Assembly (NCBI GenBank): GCA_051294905.1
Contig: CM119372.1
Coordinates: 24,182,001 to 24,246,000 of the forward strand
DNA from: Botryllus schlosseri
Lineage: Eukaryota
Reading direction: 5' to 3'
DNA length: 64,000 nt
A program made the position numbers and the translations under genes. Of this stretch, positions 28,200 to 42,137 are shown one piece after another. Positions within the stretch are counted from its first letter, which is position 1. Each line of letters starts with the position of its first letter. The notes below the pieces were generated by a model. It searched no databases and had not been told where the DNA came from. It was given only the letters and a program-made list of their open reading frames with translations.

Positions 28200-30259
28200 A
28201 AGGGGTTCTCAAGCCGCGGCCCGCAGACGCTGGTCTTGCGGCCCACGACATCTTAGATTATGAAAGCAATTAATACTGATATGATATTGTTACATGAGAA
28301 TTTAGCCGCTTAGCTGTCTCATCGAAGCGTCTGTTTTGTTTATTGAACACTCATTCTGGTTTATTGATGTGCTCGAGTTGAAATTGGTAGGTTTTGATAA
28401 TAATCGGTAGTCGTCTGATGGACTCTGATTGAAAAGAATATTGCTACAGCCAAGAAGTCACATTTGTAGAGTAAATGTTGGCAGGCATGGCATGGGGAGG
28501 GGACAGTTGTTCTGTAATGACCAGCTTTCATCCAGGATCACCCAAAACACCAACTTGAAAAAGTTGACTTCTGTAAGATGGGGATCAAGCCATGGTAGGA
28601 AATGAAAAAGGGTTGATCGGTTTGCTCAAAAGAGATCGCGAAACCCCAAACTTCTTCTCATATCACTGTATTTAGCATGAGAGGTGGCGAGCTCACAGTT
28701 GCAATGGCCTCTGTGACGAATATATATATCGGCTTTCAATTAAATAAAAGGGCAAAAGAAAACAGGAAACAAAGGAACATCAAGATAATCAGTTTTGGGC
28801 CCTTATTAAGCGCCTCCAGCGTGGGCGGTCGTGGGCGTCTTCGAGCGATAGCCCGCGTTGCGCTAGCTCGGTCTCTATTGTTGAGCGCCATGTGGTTCTA
28901 TTCCAGCCACCTCTGCGCCATGGCTCCGTCGGAATGTGGTTGGTGATGGCGGCGGCTGGTTGATCGTCTTGATGCCGCACTAGATGACCGATTAAGCTTA
29001 AGCGTCGTTCAGCAGCCAGCAAACGGCATGGGGCTGTTTTTGTGAGTTTGCGCAGAGCATTGGTGGATATGTGCTCCGGGTGGTGGATGCCGAGTGCGTA
29101 GCGGAGGAGTGCATCGTAGTTGGCGTTGAGTGTCTTAGCCAGCTTTTCTGTCAGCGTGAGTGCTTCTATTCCGCAAAGAAGAACCTGCTCGACAGTGGCA
29201 CGGAAAATGCGGGTCTTGAGTTGGGGTGAGGCACTTGAGTGGAAGAGGCAATGTAGCCATCTTGTCGCGCCCCAGGCCTTTGCTCCCCTCGCCTTCAGTG
29301 CTTTTCCAGAGTCCGCGACGTCAATACCGAGGTATATAAAACTCTTGACATTCTTGAGCCTGACTTCTCCCAGTTGAATTGGTGTCGCGTTCTCCGGCAG
29401 AGCTGGTATGGCCAGAACCTCAGTCTTCTTGGCATTGATCTGGAGGCCAATAAGAGCGGTGGTGGCCTCTAGTTGGTTGATGAGGCGCTGTGCCGACGCG
29501 GTATTCGGGGCAAGCAAGGCGAGGTCGTCCGCGTAGGCAAGAATACCTACGTGGATAGCCTCGCGAGTCGTACGCGTACGCGTTCCTTGCCGTGGCCGCC
29601 ATTCAAAGAAGTCCGAGTTGTCCGCAAGGCCGTTCGTAGCACGAAGTCAAGGATTATCACGAACAAGAATGGTGCCAAGGTGTCACCTTGAAGCACGCCA
29701 GCCGAAGTGGTAAAATCTTCGCTTGGACCGTCGTCTGTTCGAACTCGCGCTCGTGTGTCAATGTAGAGGGCCATAATGGCGTACCTTATCACCTCAGGAA
29801 TTCCATAGAATCTGAGAATCTTCGCCATGGCTGGGCTGGGCTGTGACGAAAACAGTTACCGTAATCTGATACTTGCTCACGCATTGAAACAGAGAGTTCC
29901 GTGGTGGAAGGGTTGGAAGGTGCATATACGTACTTGCTACTTGGTAACGCACGCATGATGCATCGCACGTTCCATGAAGTTGCTACTAGCAGTAAGCATA
30001 TTTTATGAGAAAAATCGACTTGATTTACTAACGCCACTGGAAGATAAAATATTCACACAACTAACACCAACTGCAAACTAGCGAGCGGTGGCCATTATTG
30101 CTTTAGAATGCTTAACCATGTATTAAACGTCCGTATACGCCTGGTAAATACAGTGAAAGTAATAGTAGCCTACGATTACATGGTTATAATGTTATGCGGC
30201 GTGCAGCACATTTTATGTTATAATGTGGCCCGTTATACATGGGAAGTTGAGAACCCCTG
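28200..30259. mobile_element. hAT-type MITE (family of 5191-6457, opposite orientation) hosting a LINE insertion
   Basis: AGGGGTTCTCAA / TTGAGAACCCCTG termini; internal similarity to the reverse complement of 5191-6457; degenerate TSD CCCTAAGG vs CCCCAAGC. Confidence 0.8.
28721..29840 (-). mobile_element. 5'-truncated RTE-like non-LTR retrotransposon (reverse transcriptase C-terminal part, one frameshift)
   Basis: GVLQGDTLAPFLF, LAYADD, GLQINAKKTE and FIYLG motifs; frameshift near 29620; (AT)n tail at 28721-28729; 10-bp TSD CTGTGACGAA (28711-28720, 29841-29850). Confidence 0.93.
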
Positions 30260-30910
30260 CCCCAAGCTTCGGATTTGGATTGGATTTGGACCTAGAAATT
30301 TCAAATCCGTCTATCTCTGGCCAGCAGCCGTTCGCTCACCTGGGAAGAGCTGGAAGCTGTTCAAGTGTTCATATTATGGGTGTTGTTTATCGCATTGTAT
30401 ATTTTTCAAGATTGCATTGGTATATTGTTGATAGCTATTCGTTTAATTGACCATTAGGACAAAGGCATACACTGCAAAGGTATTTTGAAATAGAACAAGA
30501 TAATACCATGGTTTCATGGTAGAAAAGTACCAGTGGTTCCTGAACTGAACAATCAAGAAATATTTTGAAAAAGATTGGAGCTTTCACCGCCTTCAACATC
30601 TGATAATGGTGGTTCGGATTCGGTGAAAACGTTTTCCCTCGCGATTACCACTGCTGCAGTCGTTCTAAAAATTGTGACTGTGGTTCTTATGGCAAAGGAT
30701 ATTGGAACTGCATACAGACTACAGAATAAATGTTATGCTGCTTAATTTAGTATTGGAGTATCATGCTGATATTGATGCTAAAAATAGTACGTTTGAAAAA
30801 TCTCGGGGGCAAATATAGGTGTAGTATCTTCACTTACACCACCTGAAATGGGTATTTTGACAATGTCGCAGTATTATTGACATGTTGTATCATCTTTGCA
30901 ACATCTAACT

Positions 30911-31942
30911 CAGTGGTTCTTAAACTTTTTCCCTCCAGCACCCCTTTCAAAAATTATCGTGCTCCAGCCCCCCCCCCCCCACCTCATATTCTACGGACTG
31001 TAATAAAGACAATTGGCAAGAGGGCCACCAGCACTTCGTCAGCCCCCTAAAAACGATTTTTATGCGCACATATAGCGTGATAAACCAAACATCTGAAGGC
31101 TTCGCCCCCGAGAACCCATCGCAGTCGCGTGATTTCGATGGTCAGGAAAGTTTGTGTGGCCTTGTCGCCCTGGGCGCCAAAATTTTCTATAATGAATGAA
31201 TGAATAGGTGGTAATTGCATATATATGTCGCTATAAACTTTTTATCCTCTTCACCCTGGTAATCAGATTTATCAGTAGCGCTGAGTGAGCTGTCGTTTCG
31301 GAAAATGAAGGCCAAGTACTTTATAATTGAACATATTCGGGCGTGCCCATTGGTACAATTAATTCGTTACATGTTGTTATTTTGTTACCTCTTGTATACA
31401 GTCAAAAGATAATGAAACGCATAAACGTATTAAACTAAAGTAAGCACACGATTCAAAATTGATATTTCTTAACTGGCAAATAATTTTCTCTGATGGATGT
31501 TATTTGTCCAGTGGGTTGCAGATTGCGACGACATGATAACTCGGCACGAGCGATTTAAGCACCTATGGACAATTGACTTATATGCATCGAAGTTTACGGT
31601 CAACATAACGGCAATCCTCTTCAACTAAAGTTTTCTCGCTGACCACCTTTTTGACACACTTCTCGGAGTCCCATATTGACCGGAACTTCACATGTCTTCG
31701 CGCATCGTGGCGTGGTAATAGCCGACGCCGAAATGCCTATTTATATTTTCTAGAATTATGCGTATTCTTGCGTGGCGGAGTCGTCAAAACATGATGTGTA
31801 ATTTATGTCCATTCACCGAAATAATTTAGGGCACCCTTCTAGCTCAGCGATTGGGGGTTTGGGTTGCAATAGTTTCGGTTCTGGTTGAGGTCAAAGTCCA
31901 GTCGGTCTCTTCGGAACTTGGAGGCAAGGTTAAGAACCACTG
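30911..31942. mobile_element. Non-autonomous hAT-type element
   Basis: CAGTGGTTCTTAA / TTAAGAACCACTG; TSD ATCTAACT vs ATCTCACT. Confidence 0.85.
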
Positions 31943-32859
31943 ATCTCACTGATGTACATTCCAAGATTTGCAAATTTTTCGAATCTGGTATAGCAGTTTT
32001 GAGTGAAAAATCATCAAATCACTCTTACTTTATATCACTTATTTTGCATTTAGGCACATTTAATTTTGTTCAAATTTGGCAGTGTACTAATTAAAGCATG
32101 CCTGCACCACTTCAAAGCCAATGCCTATTTTACTTTTTCACCAAAAATATTTTTCAATTTTCGAAGTTGATTTTTTTCCATTTTAAGTTTTTGGTAATAT
32201 GGTATCATGGGGACAGGCAATTTTGATATCAGAAGAACTTCATTACTGATAAAACTTGGCTTAGTAGTAGCAGTATAACAATTCCATCTCCTAATCCTAT
32301 TGATTTTACTAAAGGAGTTTTATTTCATTTACTATGCTACTTATGACCTGAATTTTACGAAAAAATATTGAAAAGTCGGCACCGCAATAGTACAAAATAA
32401 ATATTTCGAAAAAATTTCTGATAATCAGTAGTTTCAAGCATTTCAGCAGGTGTTTAGAGGCCTCATGTCACTTTTGAATCGTTTCTTAGAATTTCTCAGC
32501 ATCCTTCGATGAGACAGCCAACCTTCTCAATCGCCACTCGTCCCCCAATTTGGGCTCGAGGAATTATTTATGCATGCTAAAATTTATACAGTATGTGAAG
32601 TTTGGTATGAATAGCTTGCACGTCAATTTTTGAGAATCTAGGCTCGATAGTTTATGAAATATAGCAATTTGAAATTCTGCGTTCCGTAGCAGTACATTGG
32701 AGCCTTAAATAAAGGAAAGGACGTAGTTTATTTTTGCCCTTGATGTTTTTTTGCGGCATATACACCGACACATGATACAAATACACACGATCTGTGCATA
32801 TGCATACCATGAATGCATGATGTGCATATGCCGCCGGACAAGGAAGTGCAGATATATAG

Positions 32860-33045
32860 CCTGTACGGCTTTCTAAGTCATGCACCACCCCTCCATGCTA
32901 TCCCAGTAATGCATGAGCGCCAAGCAGAGAAGTCATGGATACCAGTGTTACTAATCAGGTCTTTGGTCTGACCCGGCCGGGGATCGAACCCACGATCTAC
33001 CGATCAAGAAGCCGGACGCTTCACCATTACGCTATCTTGTCGGTT
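32860..33045 (-). mobile_element. tRNA-derived SINE (5' part)
   Basis: Reverse strand reads GATAGCGTAATGG...GGGTTCGATCCCCGGCCGGGTCAGACCAAAGAC, followed by a SINE-type body; 3' boundary uncertain. Confidence 0.75.
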
Positions 33046-33092
33046 AAATAAGTTGGATCAAATACTTGACTTGGTATATACATGGTAATTAT

Positions 33093-34082
33093 TAGGGATG
33101 GTGTGAACGTGAGGTTCACGTTCGCGTTCTGTGTGTGAACCTCGGAAATTTAGAGGTTCGCGTTCAAAACAGAACCTTGGTAGGTTCTGCACTGTGAACC
33201 TTTTTCATATATTGCAATTTTCACTTCATTATAACATCATTGGTTCAAATTTATTGCATTTAACTGCGGGCCACTCCATGCATGGCGCTGGCAGCATTCA
33301 AAATCAACACTAAACGAGCATGCACCTTGACAATCTCAAATGTTTTACTTGCTTTGTTACAAAAGTTTGCTCGAATTATCCAGTTTTCCGTTTGTGAATA
33401 TTTAGTGACTCTCTGCTGTGAGCTTGACCCGCAATCACACAACATCACGAGCGAAATACGTAGTCAGCGAAGGATGCTTATTCAACCAATCAATAAGATT
33501 GATATCGTTTTCTGATGTAAAAATTCGAGAAGGCGTATGGGGTCACTTTGGACTTCATATCTTTACTGCATCATTAAAACCAAATCTGTGCGATTGAGGA
33601 GTTGGCTACTGTTGTATAACTTCTTAATGAGGTAATATCGGTAGCAAATATAGAAACCCATTTTACACTCTGATCAATGTCAATGTAGCAATATTCAGAC
33701 ACCGAATACATTGTCCGGTCTGGCCTAGATCGATAAGGGATAAGCGTATATTCCCTGGTAAGTCCTCTTCAAAATTGTTGGCAAAGCGACGAAAGATATT
33801 GATTTTATGGTAGTATTATATCCTTTGATTGCCTCAGTTGATACATATAGCGACGTTTAAAACGCCAATATGTACTTCAGAATTGTTGCATTATGTGGCC
33901 CAAGTCGTCGCTAGGTATCGTGTACATTAATATAGGCTATAACTTCATTGAAAGATAGGGTTGGAATTAGCAATATGACGTCACGTGACGTCATGAGGTT
34001 CACGTTCGTGTTCACACAGAACCTTTTAAAAAGGTTCGCGTTCACACGAACCTGAACCTTTCAGGGGTTCACACCATCCCTA
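33093..34082. mobile_element. hAT-type MITE
   Basis: TIRs TAGGGATGGTGTGAAC / GTTCACACCATCCCTA; perfect TSD GTAATTAT. Confidence 0.92.
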
Positions 34083-34338
34083 GTAATTATATTAAAATAT
34101 GAGAGCAATGTAGCTCGCGTTCAAAATATCGAGTGCGAACACAACAATTTCGAAACAACGCGTGTCAAAATAGCGGGTATCATGATAGCCAGTCATCCAG
34201 AACAACCCAAGCTAGCCCTAACCATTCCTCCGGTAGTAAACGTAACGTAAGCTAACCAACACCGTAACACGATGAGCTAACCTTATCGATAACCCGAAAT
34301 TCCCTAACTCCTATCTCAATATTTCGACCCTGCCTTAC

Positions 34339-34478
34339 TTTAAACGATTCCTGTCGGTGAACAATTGTGGTAATGCCTGGGAAAATCTTTTACCGAGGCC
34401 AATCATTTCACGATATCCCAGCTCCGTTAGATTTGTTTTCAAATCAGGATGATACCAATTATCCCAGAGCTGGATTCT
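34339..34478 (-). CDS. MINPP1: MINPP1-like, exon 3 (absent from the ORF track)
   Basis: TTTCCTAG|...|GTAAGG; RIQLWDNWYHPDLKTNLTELGYREMIGLGKRFSQALPQLF contains the LT..G..E...LG.R....P.LF motif. Confidence 0.92.
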
Positions 34479-35203
34479 CTAGGAAACAAAGTTGAAAATT
34501 GTCATCGCATCGTTATTCCACATCTTTTTTCAAATTAGGTTTTGTTCTCGTGTTCCACCCTTTTCTGCCTTTTGGGCATGAATACCAGCGATATCTAGAA
34601 CTAGATATCACTGATGAATACATACTCTTTTCGCTAAGAATCTAGAATCCAACGAAAATACTAACCAGCACAAACATATACTTAACGTGGTTTATTCATA
34701 TTATCATGGAGGAGTTTAGCAGTTCTCTAATATGATTTTATAAAATAATATTGGCATTGCTGGTATTTTAGTTGAAATAAGTAACGGGATATACTGACAT
34801 AGCCGTTTACGGGACCTGTACCCTAGCAGGTTTGTGAAACATGTTAGTTCAAGGATGACGACATATACATAGTCAAGGCGCATAAATGTGTCTATTGTTA
34901 TCCGATGTATACGATCAAATTTATTTTAGAATATACTCTTTATACGCCCATTCAATCTCGCGTATGTACGCACAACATCCAGACCGCCGATTCCAGGAAT
35001 GCTTATGAGTGTTGATTGAGTGGAGTATAGAGATAAGATCACCTTTATTTCCTGATTCTGGTTTCTTCGTAGGTAAATACCTTGTAATTTGTTTGTTATT
35101 GTTCAGGCTTTATAAAAATCAAACTTATCCCTAACAGATAACCAAAATATTGTCAACAAGCTGTATAGGTTTCTATACATACACGCGAAATAGAATAACT
35201 CAC

Positions 35204-35355
35204 CTGTAAGTCATTCGAGCACATTTGCGCCTTTCCGGTGACATTCAAATTTTGTTTCAGACTCTCGAGTTTAGCAAATTTTTCAGCTTCGTCAGATGTC
35301 GGTCTGTGTCGTGAGCCATGTCGTGCAACAAATACCATACCAAGCGGTTTGCACC
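35204..35355 (-). CDS. MINPP1: MINPP1-like, exon 2 (catalytic RHG motif)
   Basis: CTTTAG|...CAG|GTGAGT; GCKPLGMVFVARHGSRHRPT...MCSNDLQ. Confidence 0.92.
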
Positions 35356-35789
35356 CTAAAGTTGGTTCGAGTTCATCAACTTTGTTATATGAGAGAGAAG
35401 AGAGAATGGGGGTATTCGTTTTCGTCTGCATCATCGAGATGCTTTGACGACGGAGATGCGATAAGACACCTAGTCTGCACCACCGTTTTTTCCCCTCCAT
35501 GCTATCGGTGGATGCTGAGCACCTAGCAGGATAGCCGCAGCAAAATAAGAAACATACATTTAATGAAATTTCGGAAATCTATAATGTCCGCTGTAATAAG
35601 CAAAAAGCGATTTTCGGGATAATTTCAAGAATTTTATATTGCACCACAAGATCATAAAAAGTGCCCTGCTATCCACATATATTACAAGAACGCAAAAATG
35701 ACATAAGCACTCTCCGAACGTTTTATAAGATAGTGTCATCCATGCCACTTTCCCAACATTTTAGATTTCTCCTTTGCTAGATGGAGAAT

Positions 35790-36631
35790 TACGTAATTTT
35801 CCATGTATAATGCGCTAAATTTTACCGATTTTTTGCCATAAAATAGGGGGGTGCGTATTATACATGGGTACAGCAAGCCTAGAAAAAAAAAATCCCTCGA
35901 TCAAAAACTTGAAATCACACCTTTCTTCATGTTTGTTTAAATCGCGCATCACCTCTGGCCATTGGGCCCCGTAATTCGTATTATAGAGTGTAACGTGCTG
36001 CCAAATAGAGAAGCGTGTTGCCAATTAACTAAAAGCGTGTTTCTAATTAACGAGAGTCGTCTGCAAAGCACGCGATCTCTTGCTGAGTTGGTTTGCCGTT
36101 TGTACGCGAGCGAAATCAGGTCGCTGATTGCTACAAGCGTGCGCGGCAATCCTTGTTGATTCATCGCGTCAACGACTGGCCTTATCAATCGCATACACAT
36201 TGCACAAGAGGCCATGTGCGCAAGATATAATCGCATGCTTAATCAGTCGCATCTCCAACAGGACTGGTGCGCGCGACATAACCGTTGGCCTGAGCAATCG
36301 CATCTGTAATTGTAATAGGCCACGTGCGCAAGATGTCGTGTGTCGCTAGCCTGAGCTATCGCGTCGCCGACCTCACAGGCTTTGCCTACTATCTACTCTC
36401 GTTTAGAGACAATGCCGTTAATTGTATTATGATTAGCGATCATTATGTCACGATTGTTCGACAGTGACATCGCAAAACAGAACAACATCGAGTACTAAAC
36501 CGCAACTATTCGTGTACTGCGAATGCAGGGTGCGTACTATACATGGGTACAGGCTTTTTCTCAGAATATACACGTCTTTTTAAGGGTGCGTATTATACAT
36601 GGGGGCGCACTATATTCGGAAAATTACGGTA
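35790..36631. mobile_element. Tc1/mariner-pogo-type MITE in MINPP1 intron 1
   Basis: TACGTAATTTTCC...TATAATGCGC / GCGCACTATATTCGGAAAATTACGGTA termini flanked by TA; repeated GGGTGCGTATTATACATGGG subterminal motif. Confidence 0.75.
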
Positions 36632-36780
36632 GTAGTATGATCGTTAAATATCAATTTGGTAATAGAAGTATTGCTGCAGCCTGCATCGTTCATTTTCCGG
36701 GACCTTAATATTTAGGACAAACACATGGATGACGACAAATCTAAACTTACGGAAAAAAGTAATAGGGCATAATATCTTAC

Positions 36781-36964
36781 CTGTTGGGACGTCATATAGT
36801 GTTATGTCGTCTCTTCCCGAGTCATCGTAAGCGGTAGTAGTTTGATATTTCCGATAGGGAGATTCGGGGTCTTTTCCAAAATCAGTAGAACAAAGACCAT
36901 ACGCATAGACAGGTAAATAGCAAATGACGTATACTAAGATCCTATTACCCGCGTACACTGACAT
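36781..36964 (-). CDS. MINPP1: MINPP1-like, exon 1 (signal peptide); alternative in-frame ATG at 36982
   Basis: MSVYAGNRILVYVICYLPVYAYG hydrophobic leader, PYRKYQTTTAY resembles MINPP1 Y.F.TKT.Y, donor G|GTAAGA. All eight exons join in frame: 1365 nt, 454 aa plus stop. Confidence 0.88.
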
Positions 36965-38176
36965 CGCTGATATTGTCTTCATGAAAAAATATGTCAATAT
37001 CGAAAGCCTGGTATAGAAAAGTTATCACGGATTAGTAAGCGATATGTAGGCTAACATAAGCGAAATATGGAACATATGATATTTAACGTTCCTGAACTTT
37101 CAGCAACATGGATCCTTTTGTCTTGACGTGACGAATCTGCGATCGAGTAATAACGTCGAGATACCACACTTCATATCATTTTCTCCAGACTTGCACAAAC
37201 TACTGAATTTTCAAAATACGCAACTAGAACTAGAACTACCCAATATAACTTACAACCATTACTATAACTAGAAATACCTAATTTTTAAAATCGGCAACTA
37301 GTACTAGAACTTCCCAATTTTTATAATCCGCAAGTAGAATTAGAACTAGAACTACTCACTATTCAAAACCCGCAACTAGAACTAGAACTAACGACCATTA
37401 AAAATCCGCAACTAAAACACAACTATGTTTCACCTTGACCTATGCTTCCGAGTGCACAATGTAAGTAATGTATTAAACCTGTACTTAATGTGTAATATGG
37501 TAGACTTTTGTTTTTGACCTTCACTGTACTTTTGTTTTTGTGACGGACTGGAAATTAGATATTCCCCGAAAGATTATAGAGTAACGTATAGGGCAGGCCT
37601 GGGCAATGGGCCCGCGGGCCAAATATAGACGGCGAGAAGTTGCTTAAAGAATTTTGAATTATACATTTATCGGATTGTGACTATCGCATTGTACATTGTG
37701 AGTGTCTTGTCCAGATGAAAATATAATCAGACAAATATTACGATTATTACATTCGAATATGTACTAAACACATGGGCTGTATATATAAATTGAACCGGAA
37801 TGGCGTTTACTTTGAAGGCTGATTAGTGTTTATTTGTTCACCGTGGTTACGTAGCCCAAGTTCGTCGTATGCGTAATCTCTATCCAAAATAAAGTTGATA
37901 TAACATGGGTTAATTCAAGCGGAGATTATGACATAAGCTCGCCGTCACTCGGCTGAGTCTGCGGGAAGACGAATTAGGAAAACATGCCAGCGACACTACC
38001 GAAACAACAGGACGGTTTTACCAAGCTATACACCGCTCGGGATAGTGATCAAGCTGTAAGATCCCATACATTTTCATGTCGTAATAGAAGGTAGCGCGGA
38101 GCGGATCGACAAATCCTCTGGTCCTACTCCGATCCTGTTTTTTAAGCTCTGGTCTGCCTCCGGTCCGACTCCTAGG

Positions 38177-38694
38177 TAGGGCTGGGCACAATGATTCGAG
38201 TACTCGAATCTGAATCGAGTAATAATTTTAATGATTCGAGTCGAGTAGTAAAAGACGATTTTTTCGAGTACGGAAATTATAAGCTCCTCGCAACTGTAAG
38301 TTAATTTACTAACGAATATTATAGTTTTTATACTACGTTCCACTGAGGAAGCCTTGAGACCTTGATGTGCCGTGTTGCAGCATAAGAGACACTGTACAAA
38401 GTTACGATTGTTACTGGAAATAACACATTTCCAAAGTCATGATCATTCCAAAACATTGTCAAATAAGTGCAATGAAATTGGTATATGGTTGAAAAAATAC
38501 CACATTATCTTTAGCGTGACAGATAACAGGCATTATATTCTTTGTGGTGGCATAAAACGTACATATTTGAACTTTGGCATGATACATTATGTTGTGATGT
38601 CATAATGAGTGATACTCGATTACTCGACTCGACTCGAAGCGTAAAACGTGATTCAGAATCGAATCACCCAGGCACTCGATTTTGCCCAGCCCTA
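38177..38694. mobile_element. Young hAT-type MITE, copy 1
   Basis: TIRs TAGGGCTGGGCA / TGCCCAGCCCTA; perfect TSD CTCCTAGG; near-identical inverted copy at 61265-61782. Confidence 0.95.
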
Positions 38695-41600
38695 CTCCTA
38701 GGCCGGATTCCAGAAATGAACGCGATCCGGTCCGAAAAATTTCAATAATAATTATCTACTAACAGGATGGTTTTGAATATTGATTGATACAATGCAAACA
38801 GGAAATTAAAAACTCAAAGGTCAGACCCAACCTATATCTGAAGTAATTATGCCAACTTGGTCTATTTTCATGAACGTTTCAGTTTACCTATTGATTCGAG
38901 GGTGGAAGTGGGTAATTCTGTCATATTCTTAGTCAAAAGTACTGACCTGTCTCCGATCCGACTCCGGCCGTATCCAAAAGGGTACTGATCTGGCTCCGAA
39001 CCGGCTCCGACACAAATGAGGAGTATTTCGATATTTATATAAAATTTATTAGATTTTTGTGAGTTAATTCAGGTCAAAATGTCGCAACGTAAACACTTAT
39101 TCTCTAATAAACCTGACAATCGAAGTATAAAGCAGTTCTTGTCTGGTAAACCGGAAACACGTACTGCTGCTCTAATCCTGAACCTGAAAAATTTGTTCTG
39201 TGATTGTGCACTGCCAGTTGCCTAGTAAATAATTAGTTTAAGCAAAGATGTTTTTTTTGTATTTAAATGAAACACTTGCGGTCTCTTAAATCTACTTAGC
39301 AGTCACTCAAACCAAACCCTAAAAAACCTGCATGAAAGTATTGTGTTTCGTGGAGTTAGCCTTCAAGTAGGGTTGATAGCTTTTCCATGAATAATTATCT
39401 GCTCCGATAAAATCTTATTGATTTTAATTCCCACTGTTTCGTGATGTAGATTCATCAAGTGCAAATTTTCTCATCTGGCTGGAAATCTGGACGATCGATA
39501 GCCAACACTTTCCTATGTCATTAACAATATAGACTTATAAACGAGTATGTTAACTACCATTGATGCTATCCATACAGTACAGTATGTATAGCGGGATGCT
39601 GACCAATTCACATTCAACAATGAGCTCCTCACACAATTATGTAACCCGATTTTCGTTGTTATTTGTAAACTCAAACGACTGATTGATAGGGCTTCATTCT
39701 TATACCAGCATAATTTCGCAGGCCGAGGATAAATGTGGTTAAATTGCCACTTAATCGCCGGCGGCGACAATAATCGAAGCTTGTTTTGGCTCGAGAACCG
39801 TATTGTATGTATGAATTCATTCGCAGGGCGCGATATAGTAAATTTAGGATGATAAGCCAAAACCGAACACATGCAGATAATAATAATATATTTAGAACAA
39901 ATCAAGTATTACTTGATGATGACATAGTCGCGTCATAAACATTCAACGAGTTCTATAAGCTGGTCATCCGCAATAACGAATTTGTAAAAATTAGGGATGA
40001 AAGGGGGTTGTGCCGTTACCTAGAACATGAAAAAAATCTGGTTATAGATTTGCTGATTGTGCCTGCTGACACCACCATAACCATGTCACTTTTAATTACA
40101 CTTCAGCTGATGTCTTTCTGTTTTACTATGTAAAACATGCTTTCTGCACGTTCTTTCGCGAAGACGAATGCAATTTACTGAAGTCTAAAATCATTTTAAT
40201 AATTCAGTTATTGCATGTAGCAGTTCGTAATTTGAAATCAGCAACGACTTTATTACATGACAAGTCATATATTTTACGTTACCTTCAACGCCCAATAGAA
40301 ATACTAATGTTTGCTCGATTGTTTATTGAAAGAAAAGCGTTTGTATTCAACTGTTCGCATTTTAGATTACTTTGGGTTGTGATGGAAGTTATGAATGAGT
40401 TATGCCTAACTGCACAGTGTACTTATAAAGGTGGAATCTACTTAACAGACGCATGGATCGCTGATTCCAAGTACACCACTGAAAGTAATAAGCGTGCTGG
40501 GGTTATCAATCTATAATTACATTCGCGATACGAAATAAGTCATTTCCATTTTGACTTTATGGAATGTCCAGGAACTACCTTTCAAAATGCGTGGGCCCCG
40601 AAGTCAGGTTATTGCACACGCAATAAAAAATATATAGTACTGTAGTATAATTTTAGTCAGGTCGATACAATAATTATATTTTCACTACACATTTAGTCGA
40701 TATCTTCAAAATTACATCTTGATGTTATCGTGAGCCACTGAAATGTTATCCGCCTGTCACCCGCGCGGACCGTAGTTTGCTCACACCTGGTCTAAAGCAT
40801 AACCCCTTGAGTATAAGTACTATGGGTTGGCAAACCCTATCGAAGTATACACTGATAAAGGCAGGAGTAATTCGTTACCGATCAACTTGCGTCATCAATT
40901 TCTTCAGTAACAGAAAATCAGTGACCAATCGCGACGTTGCGAAATAAATGAACAGCATGCAACATATGAGCAGGGCATGAATAAGCTACGATGTCTGACA
41001 ATTTGATTCAATTAAAGTAGATGTATAGAGATTTCCAGTTAAGTAAAAATTTAGCCCATATCCCGCTCTTTGATAATAAGGACTAATGATATTCGTTTTA
41101 TTTCGATAATATCCAACATGTGGGTTCATGTCGAACGGTAATATTTAGAACTCAAGTATCGCTTAGTGGGGAACTTTACAAATTTTTCGATATATTTAGA
41201 TATGTTTTGGTCGCGATAAATCACACACATCATAAAAAAGGGCATCGTACAATTCAGATTAAATTGCTACCTTTCGTCCAGGCCGTTATAAAAGTAGTAA
41301 AACATTGGAAATTTCTATTCAAGTAGCGATTTCCGGGCGAGCAAAAAGTAAGTATTGCGGGCCGAGTTTGTCTAAAAACTGAAAAGGCAGTCTAAATACA
41401 TAATCGATCCTCAGTGCCCTGGAATGTCCTCATATATAGATGAGAGCATACACCCAGCTGGTAAAATCAACTCTCCGAATGATAGTCAAGACGCTCTTGG
41501 AAAGAAGATAAACGTTTATTTGACACCTTCCGAATAGCGAGATCGAATATCCCTGAAAAAATGAATAATAGTCATGGTACCGATCCACACATTGTTGTAC

Positions 41601-42137
41601 GTAATATTTTATTTGACACTGACCAGTGATTATTTGGAATTGGGTAGACAAGAAGTCGCAATATCGTCGATGCGCCGGGTGCAATGATTCGAGTAATCTG
41701 ACTCGACTGTATTTGTTGTAATGATTCGAGTCAGTAGTAAAATTTTATTTATTCGAGTAATGAAATTACAGTAGGAGTTATATTACGGATAAGAAATTTG
41801 GTTTCGATACTCTCTTTACCACAAAATAGCTGTGAAATATGGATCCGTTGTAACACGAAATTCAAAACACGTACACACACACACCATTTCCCTGGAATGT
41901 TAATTAATCCGGAACATTTTCATAAATAGAGAAGCTCGAAGAAATATACAAATATAATTAACGTGGTATGTATTATGGAACTGGAAACATCTTCTTCGTG
42001 TTGACCAGAGATTATGTTCTAATTCGTAATTTCAAGCGTATCATCAGTCCCTCGAAAAACAAGCAAATATTTGGATACCAATTTCAAGATAGCTTAGATC
42101 TTTGACTGAGTTCTGACTCGCTGTTATCTCACAAACC

